Below are positions 40,978-47,215 of a stretch of 47,215 nt of DNA, piece by piece. The notes beneath the pieces were generated by a model. It did no database searches and was not told the origin of the DNA. It worked only from the letters and a program-made list of their open reading frames with translations. Source of the stretch: Fusobacteriota bacterium (GTDB taxonomy: Bacteria; Fusobacteriota; Fusobacteriia; Fusobacteriales; JBNJFI01). The first letter of the stretch is position 1, and each line of letters starts with the position of its first letter. The DNA lies in contig JBNJFI010000006.1 of the NCBI GenBank assembly GCA_051746725.1, forward strand, positions 1 to 47,215, read 5' to 3'. The position numbers and the translations under genes were made by a program.

Positions 40978-43900
40978 ATGGAAAAATATAAAGTAGATAA
41001 AAAGAAAGGTTTTATAATAAAGGATTATAATAACACAAAACCCTTTTCTAGCTTTTTACCTGGGATAGCTGGAGAAAAGGGGGTTCCTCTATGGTTATTT
41101 TATGTAAATAGAGGACAATGTGTTGCAAGTTTTGGTATTGAAAATAAAAATGGTTCTATGATGGAGTTTTATCCAGCAAATAAAGCTTATCAATTTACTT
41201 CTAATTATGGATTTAGAACATTTATAAAATTAGAAGATGGTTCCATATTAGAACCATTTAACGAAAGTTATAAAGATGAAAATCGATTGGAAACTTTAAA
41301 AATAAGACCAGATGAATTTGAAATAGAACACATAAACGAAGAGGAAAAATTAAAGATAAATATAATTTATCATACATTACCTTATGAAAATTTTGCAGGT
41401 TTAGTTAGACGAGTAAAGATAGAAAATTTATCAGATAAGCCTAGAGAGATCGAAGTTTTAGATGGTATGGCCGCTATATTACCGTATGGTGTGCAAAATG
41501 ATGCAAATAAGGAGCTAGGAAATACTTTAAGGGCTTGGATGAATGTAACAAACATGGAAAAAAACATTCCATTTTATAAATTAAGAGGTGGAACAGGAGA
41601 CAGTGCAGAAGTAGAGATGATAGAAAGAGGTCATTTTTATCTTAGTTATTCCAAAAAAGGTGAAGGAGAAAATGAACTTTTAAAACCTATAGTAGATCCA
41701 AAGGTTATATTTGGAAATAACAAATCACTATCATATCCCGAGGTGTTTGCAGATGAGGGATTAGACGGAATATTAGAAAAAGAGCAGATTAAAGTAAATA
41801 AAGTTCCAGCAGGCTTTTTTGGAAAGAAGAAAAAGTTGGGTGGAAATGAAAGCTTTGAAATGGTATCTTTAATAGGAAATGTATCTAAAATAGAAGAGAT
41901 TAATGAAAAAGTGGATACTTTTTTAGATCCTGAATATTTAAAAAATAAGAGAAAAGAATCTAATAAATTAATAAAAGATATTACTAAAAACATAGAAATA
42001 AGTACCTCTGATGATATGTTTGATGAATATATGAAACAAAATTACATGGATAACCTATTAAGAGGGGGATATCCAGTATTATTAGATGGTGGAGATAAGT
42101 CCCATGTGTATCATATATATTCTAGAAAACACGGTGACTTGGAAAGAGATTATAATTTCTTTTCTTTAGAAGCTGGATACTATTCACAGGGAAATGGGAA
42201 TTTTAGAGATGTAAATCAAAACAGAAGATCAGATATACTGTTTAACCCTGAAATAGGAGATTTTAATGTTAAGATGTTTATGAACTTGATTCAAGCCGAT
42301 GGATATAATCCCTTAGTAGTAAAAGGATGTAAGTTTATCTTAGAAGATTCAAAAAAGGATGAAGTTTTAGAATATGTAGAAGATAAGGAATTATTTAAAA
42401 AATTAATAGATAAACCATATACTCCAGGTAGTTTTTATGGATTTGTACACGATGCTGGTGTAAAATTAAAGATATCTGAAGATGAACTTTTACAAAAAAT
42501 GCTTAAATATTCAGAACAAAACTTTGAAGCTGAACATGGAGAGGGGTTCTGGATAGATCATTGGACATATAATATGGATTTAGTGGATACTTATCTTTCT
42601 GTATTTCCAGACAAAAAAGATGAATTCCTTTATGAAAATAAAGAGTATAAATATTATGATAGCCCAGTAAGGGTCAATAAAAGGGAAAAAAAATATGTTC
42701 TAGCAAATGGAAAAGTAAGACAATTTGAAGCAATAGATGAAGAAAATATTCAAAAAAGGGAACTTATTAATTCTAGAAAAAATAAAGAAAATTGGGTAAG
42801 AACTGATAATGGTAAAGATGAAATTTATAAAACTAATCTATATGAAAAATTACTTAGTTTATCTGCTAATAAATTTGCAACTTTAGATCCAATTGGAGCT
42901 GGAGTTGAAATGGAAGCAGGTAAGCCAGGATGGAATGACTCTTTAAATGGTCTTCCTGGAATGTTTGGTTCTGGAGTTTCAGAGGCATTTGAATTAAGAA
43001 GAATATTAAACTTTTTAATAAAAGAAAAAGCAGATAAAAATATTAAAATTCCTGTGGAATTAAATAAACTTCTACAAAGAATTGAAGATCAGTTAGATAT
43101 ATACTTTAATTCAGAAGATGAAAATAAAAACTTTATTTACTGGGATAAGGTATCTCAAATAAGAGAAGATTATCGAGATGAGATATTATATGGATTTAGT
43201 GGAGAGTTAAAAAATATAAAAATAAAAGATATAAATAAAAAATTAGAAAAGTTTATTAAAAAACTTGAGATAGGAAGTAAATTAGCTTTAGATTATGGAG
43301 AGGGAGTATATCCTACTTATATGTATTTTGAAGCTACTAAACACGAGTTTATAAAAACTAAAGATGGAAAGAAGAAGTTGAACAAAAAAGGATATCCTTT
43401 AGTTAAAGTAAAAGAGTTTGAACCTAAGAGGCTATCTTATTTCTTAGAAGGACCAGCTCGAGCTATGAAAGTATTAAAAGATAAAGATGAAAGTCAAAAA
43501 TTATATAAAAAATTAAAAGCAAGCGATGTATATGATAAAAAATTAAAGATGTATAAAACTTCTGAATCAATATTAGATGAATCTTATGATATAGGTAGAG
43601 CAAGAGCATTTACACCTGGTTGGTTAGAAAACGAATCTATATTTATGCATATGGAATATAAATATATGGTAAGTCTTTTAAAAGCAGGGCTTTATAATGA
43701 ATTTTATGAAGATATAAAAACAGTATTAGTACCATTTATGGATCCAGAGGTATATGGAAGAAGTACTTTAGAAAACTCTTCTTTTATAGCAAGTAGTGCT
43801 AACCCAGATAAGTCAGTTCATGGACAGGGATTTGTTGCTAGATTAAGTGGATCAACAGCAGAGAGTTTAGAGATTAGAAATATTATAATGGCAGGAGAAA

Positions 43901-44181
43901 AACCTTTTAGAAAAGAAGGTGAAGAAGTAATTTTAGATTTTTCTCCTAAACTTCCAGAATGGTTATTTGATTCTAATAATGAAGTATCATTTAGATTTTT
44001 AGGAAATACCAATGTTACATATCACAATCCAAATAGAAAAAATACATTTGGAAAAGACAAGGCTAAAATAAGCAAAATAATAATTGATGGAAGAAGATTA
44101 AAGGGAACAGTTATAAAAGGAGAAGATGCCAAAAAAGTAAGAGAAGGTGAGATAGATATTATAAATATTGAATTAAAATAG
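40978..44181 (+). CDS. Probable beta-1,3-glucan phosphorylase, GH161-like
   Basis: 1067 aa, no signal peptide; 'YSRKHGDLERDYN', 'QGNGNFRDVNQNRR', 'KPGWNDSLNGLPG', 'GWLENESIFMHMEYKY' recalled from GH161/GH149-type phosphorylases. Confidence 0.75.
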   Translation: MEKYKVDKKKGFIIKDYNNTKPFSSFLPGIAGEKGVPLWLFYVNRGQCVASFGIENKNGSMMEFYPANKAYQFTSNYGFRTFIKLEDGSILEPFNESYKDENRLETLKIRPDEFEIEHINEEEKLKINIIYHTLPYENFAGLVRRVKIENLSDKPREIEVLDGMAAILPYGVQNDANKELGNTLRAWMNVTNMEKNIPFYKLRGGTGDSAEVEMIERGHFYLSYSKKGEGENELLKPIVDPKVIFGNNKSLSYPEVFADEGLDGILEKEQIKVNKVPAGFFGKKKKLGGNESFEMVSLIGNVSKIEEINEKVDTFLDPEYLKNKRKESNKLIKDITKNIEISTSDDMFDEYMKQNYMDNLLRGGYPVLLDGGDKSHVYHIYSRKHGDLERDYNFFSLEAGYYSQGNGNFRDVNQNRRSDILFNPEIGDFNVKMFMNLIQADGYNPLVVKGCKFILEDSKKDEVLEYVEDKELFKKLIDKPYTPGSFYGFVHDAGVKLKISEDELLQKMLKYSEQNFEAEHGEGFWIDHWTYNMDLVDTYLSVFPDKKDEFLYENKEYKYYDSPVRVNKREKKYVLANGKVRQFEAIDEENIQKRELINSRKNKENWVRTDNGKDEIYKTNLYEKLLSLSANKFATLDPIGAGVEMEAGKPGWNDSLNGLPGMFGSGVSEAFELRRILNFLIKEKADKNIKIPVELNKLLQRIEDQLDIYFNSEDENKNFIYWDKVSQIREDYRDEILYGFSGELKNIKIKDINKKLEKFIKKLEIGSKLALDYGEGVYPTYMYFEATKHEFIKTKDGKKKLNKKGYPLVKVKEFEPKRLSYFLEGPARAMKVLKDKDESQKLYKKLKASDVYDKKLKMYKTSESILDESYDIGRARAFTPGWLENESIFMHMEYKYMVSLLKAGLYNEFYEDIKTVLVPFMDPEVYGRSTLENSSFIASSANPDKSVHGQGFVARLSGSTAESLEIRNIIMAGEKPFRKEGEEVILDFSPKLPEWLFDSNNEVSFRFLGNTNVTYHNPNRKNTFGKDKAKISKIIIDGRRLKGTVIKGEDAKKVREGEIDIINIELK

Positions 44182-44202
44182 ACTTAGAAAGGAATAGAAT
44201 AT

Positions 44203-46941
44203 ATGAAGAAAATAAAAAAATGGGAATATATAGACAAAAAAGGAACTTTTAAGCTAGAAAATCCTGAATTAAGTAGCTATTTATACTTTCCGTTAACTAA
44301 TGAAGCAGGAATGATGTCCGCTATTACCCCTGATTTACATGGAGATATAAAAGCTGATAACAACACTTTTTTGCTAGAACCTACTTCAGTAGAAGATCTA
44401 CATAATAGTAACTCTTCTAGAAACTTTTGGGTTTCTATAGAAGGGGAAGAAATCTGGTCTGCAACAGGGAATTCTGCAAAACAAAAAACATATAAGTTTG
44501 GCAATCAAGATACAGAAAAAGTAGTAATGAGAGCTGGATTTTTATGGCATCAAGTAGTTAGAAAAAATTCAAAGATAGGTATAAAATCTGAAGTTACAAA
44601 TTTTGTACCTGCAAATGATGATAAAGTTGAATTAATGAGGGTTACCCTTAGTAATATTAGTGATGAAGATTTAAAAATAACTCCTACTGCTGCAATACCA
44701 ATATACGGTAGGTCTGCTGATAACATAAGGGATCACAGACATGTAACTGCATTATTACATAGAACAAATATAAAAGAGTATGGGGTAGAAGTAAAACCAA
44801 CTCTATCATTTGATGAAAGAGGACACCAAGTCAATGAGATAAAATATGGAGTATTTGGTGCAGATGAAAGTGGGAAAAAACCAGAAAGTTATTTCCCAGT
44901 TATGGAAGAATTTATTGGGGAAGGTGGGTCTTTAGATTGGCCTAAAGCTATTGTAAATGGCAAAAAAGGAGATTATCTTCCAGATGATAAAATAGATGGA
45001 TACGAAACTGTAGGAGGATTACAGTTTGAAAAAATAACTCTAAAACCTGGAGAAGAAAAATCTTATATAATTGCCATGGGTATAGATGAAGATAATACAT
45101 TTGAAAAAATAGAGGAAAAATATTTATCTTCTGATAAATTTGAAATGAAATTAGGTTCCAATATTGAATATTGGGATTCTAAATTATCTTCTGCAGAATT
45201 TGTAACTGGAGATAGTGATTTTGATAATTGGATGAGATGGGTCACTTTGCAACCGATATTGAGACGTATATATGGATGCTCTTTTTTGCCTCACCACGAT
45301 TATGGAAAAGGTGGAAGAGGTTGGAGAGATCTATGGCAAGATTGTCTAGCTTTACTTTTAATGGAACCAGAGGGAGTGAAAGAAACTTTATATAATAACT
45401 TTGGAGGAGTAAGGATAGATGGGACTAATGCTACTATAATAGGAAATAAACCAGGAGAATTTATAGCAGATCGAAATAATATAAGTAGAATTTGGATGGA
45501 TCATGGAGCATGGCCTTTTTTGACAACTAAACTATACTTAGATCAAAGTGGAGATTTAGAATTTTTATCTGAAAAACAAACCTATTTTAAAGATGCCCAT
45601 ATCATGTATGGACAAAAATTAGATAAAAATTGGACTATAAAAGATGGAAATAAGCAAAAAAGTTCCAATGGAGAGATTTATGAAGGAACAATGCTAGAAC
45701 ATATGCTAATTCAACATCTAGTTTCATTTTATAACGTAGGCGAACATAATAATATGAGATTAGAAGGAGCCGACTGGAACGATGGGTTAGATATGGCAGA
45801 TGAAAATGGAGAAAGTGTTGCGTTTACTGCTATATATGGAAGTAATCTTTTGGAAATGGCAAATCTTTTAGAAGTTTTAAAAGATAAAAATAATACTTCT
45901 AAAATAGAAATAATGGAAGAACTATTAATAATGATAGATACTAAGATGGGTAGCGATTCAAAAAAGACAAATTATGATGTAGTAAGCGATAAGAGAGAGG
46001 TTTTAAATAGATATTTGAAATCTACCCAAGGGATATCCGGCAAAAAAGTTAAGATATCCATTGATGATCTGATAAAAGACTTACGAAAAAAAGGAAACTG
46101 GGTTATAAATCATATAAGAAAAAATGAGTGGATAAAAAATAAAGATGGGCAAGAGTGGTTCAATGGATACTATGATGATGATGGAGAGAGATTAGAAGGT
46201 GATAATCCTTTAGGAGTTAGAATGACTTTAACAGGTCAAGTATTTAATATTATGGGAGATGTAGCCACAGATTCTCAAGTAGAAAAGATAATAGATTCTG
46301 CCAATAGATATTTAAAAGATGAAACTGTAGGCGGATATAGATTAAATACTAATTTCAAAGAGGTTCTTTCAAATATGGGAAGAGTATTTGGGTTTGCATT
46401 TGGTCATAAAGAGAACGGAGCTATGTTTAGCCATATGGCAGTTATGTATGGAAATGCTTTATATAAAAGAGGATTTTCTGAAGCTGGATTTGAAGTTTTA
46501 GACTCGATATACCAACATACAAATGATTTTGAAAAGTCTAGAATATATCCAGGTATACCAGAATATATAAATGAAAAGGGACGAGGTTTATATCACTATC
46601 TTACAGGTTCAGCAAGTTGGTTATTAATAACTGTTATAAATCAAATGTTTGGAGTTAGAGGAAAACTAGGTGATTTAGTATTGGATCCTAAATTATTAAA
46701 TAAACAGTTTGATGAAGATGGAAAAGCTAAGATAAAAACTATATTTGCAGATAAAAATATCCAAGTGATATATAATAATTCTAAAAATTTAGAAGTATCT
46801 GAATACAAAATAACAGATGTAAAAATAAATGGAAAAAAAGTAAATTTTGAAATTAAAGATGGAATAACTAAAATAAAACGAAAATCAATAGAAGACTTAT
46901 CAGATGGTGAAATGAATAAAATAGAAGTTACTTTAGACTAA
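44203..46941 (+). CDS. Probable laminaribiose phosphorylase, GH94
   Basis: 912 aa; 'SFLPHHDYGKGGRGWRDLWQD', catalytic 'ADWNDGLD', 'HKENGAMFSH', 'YLTGSASW'. Confidence 0.8.
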   Translation: MKKIKKWEYIDKKGTFKLENPELSSYLYFPLTNEAGMMSAITPDLHGDIKADNNTFLLEPTSVEDLHNSNSSRNFWVSIEGEEIWSATGNSAKQKTYKFGNQDTEKVVMRAGFLWHQVVRKNSKIGIKSEVTNFVPANDDKVELMRVTLSNISDEDLKITPTAAIPIYGRSADNIRDHRHVTALLHRTNIKEYGVEVKPTLSFDERGHQVNEIKYGVFGADESGKKPESYFPVMEEFIGEGGSLDWPKAIVNGKKGDYLPDDKIDGYETVGGLQFEKITLKPGEEKSYIIAMGIDEDNTFEKIEEKYLSSDKFEMKLGSNIEYWDSKLSSAEFVTGDSDFDNWMRWVTLQPILRRIYGCSFLPHHDYGKGGRGWRDLWQDCLALLLMEPEGVKETLYNNFGGVRIDGTNATIIGNKPGEFIADRNNISRIWMDHGAWPFLTTKLYLDQSGDLEFLSEKQTYFKDAHIMYGQKLDKNWTIKDGNKQKSSNGEIYEGTMLEHMLIQHLVSFYNVGEHNNMRLEGADWNDGLDMADENGESVAFTAIYGSNLLEMANLLEVLKDKNNTSKIEIMEELLIMIDTKMGSDSKKTNYDVVSDKREVLNRYLKSTQGISGKKVKISIDDLIKDLRKKGNWVINHIRKNEWIKNKDGQEWFNGYYDDDGERLEGDNPLGVRMTLTGQVFNIMGDVATDSQVEKIIDSANRYLKDETVGGYRLNTNFKEVLSNMGRVFGFAFGHKENGAMFSHMAVMYGNALYKRGFSEAGFEVLDSIYQHTNDFEKSRIYPGIPEYINEKGRGLYHYLTGSASWLLITVINQMFGVRGKLGDLVLDPKLLNKQFDEDGKAKIKTIFADKNIQVIYNNSKNLEVSEYKITDVKINGKKVNFEIKDGITKIKRKSIEDLSDGEMNKIEVTLD

Positions 46942-46970
46942 AGAAAAGGGGATTTAATTCCCTTTTCTTT
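46941..46970 (+). terminator. Intrinsic terminator closing the sugar locus
   Basis: AAGAAAAGGG-loop-CCCTTTTCTTT. Confidence 0.8.
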
Positions 46971-47029
46971 GCCTATTAGATTATGAATAAGAGCTAGGAA
47001 GTTGCAAAACTGAAGAATAAAATTTTAGG

Positions 47030-47038
47030 TTATCCACA
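47030..47038 (+). promoter_or_regulatory. Perfect DnaA box
   Basis: TTATCCACA, with a degenerate TTATCAATA at 47042-50. Confidence 0.5.
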
Positions 47039-47057
47039 GAATTATCAATAATTTAAC

Positions 47058-47203
47058 GCCCCCCTTCCTAGCCTTCCCCCTGGCAGGGGACGGGATAAGC
47101 AAGAAAGTAGCAAGGTTTTAAATAATTCAAATGTTTTCTAAAAATCAATTTTGAAAGGAAATAAAGATAGTCTCCCCTGCTAGGGGGAGATTTAGAGGGG
47201 GGC
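47058..47203. repeat. Inverted pair of GC-rich REP-like palindromic elements
   Basis: GCCCCCCTTCCTAGCCTTCCCCCTGGCAGGGGAC versus reverse complement of 47171-47203, GCCCCCCTCTAAATCTCCCCCTAGCAGGGGAGA; 15/16 identical core. Confidence 0.75.
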
Positions 47204-47215
47204 AGACCTTAAAAG

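Noticed and set aside
40978..46941. Generic 'cellobiose phosphorylase' label for the two large genes
   Set aside because: Lengths and motifs fit GH161-like and laminaribiose phosphorylase-like enzymes better; still needs HMM and assay confirmation

Overview
AT-rich bacterial chromosome segment; every credible gene lies on the + strand. Protein signatures (RpoA starting MLKIEK, L2 '[12 protein letters not shown]', gene order uppS-cdsA-dxr-tmk-rseP) suggest Fusobacteriota, probably a free-living lineage; this assignment is from recall, not a search. Four blocks: (1) 1-2794, tail of a type IV pilus/T2SS-like pilN-pilO-orphan-secretin operon; (2) 2869-7452, rfaE1, ispF, an ABC-F ATPase and a GAF/HD-GYP phosphodiesterase; (3) 7566-34971, a continuous translation cluster (str, S10, spc, alpha, rpsB-tsf-pyrH-frr) followed by a small ferredoxin and uppS-cdsA-dxr-tmk-rseP; (4) 35302-46941, a sugar ABC transporter, an uncharacterised five-repeat lipoprotein and two large phosphorylases (GH161-like and GH94 laminaribiose phosphorylase-like), i.e. 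a probable phosphorolytic beta-1,3-glucan (laminarin) utilisation locus under twin palindromic operators. The window ends with a DnaA box and a GC-rich inverted REP-like doublet. Two small genes missed by the ORF track (rpmJ, ferredoxin) were added and several starts corrected. Best candidates for new biology: the glucan locus with its repeat lipoprotein, the secretin with an inserted beta-sandwich domain, and the REP-like doublet. No tRNA, rRNA, CRISPR array or transposase was recognised. All family calls are by motif recognition, with no database searches.
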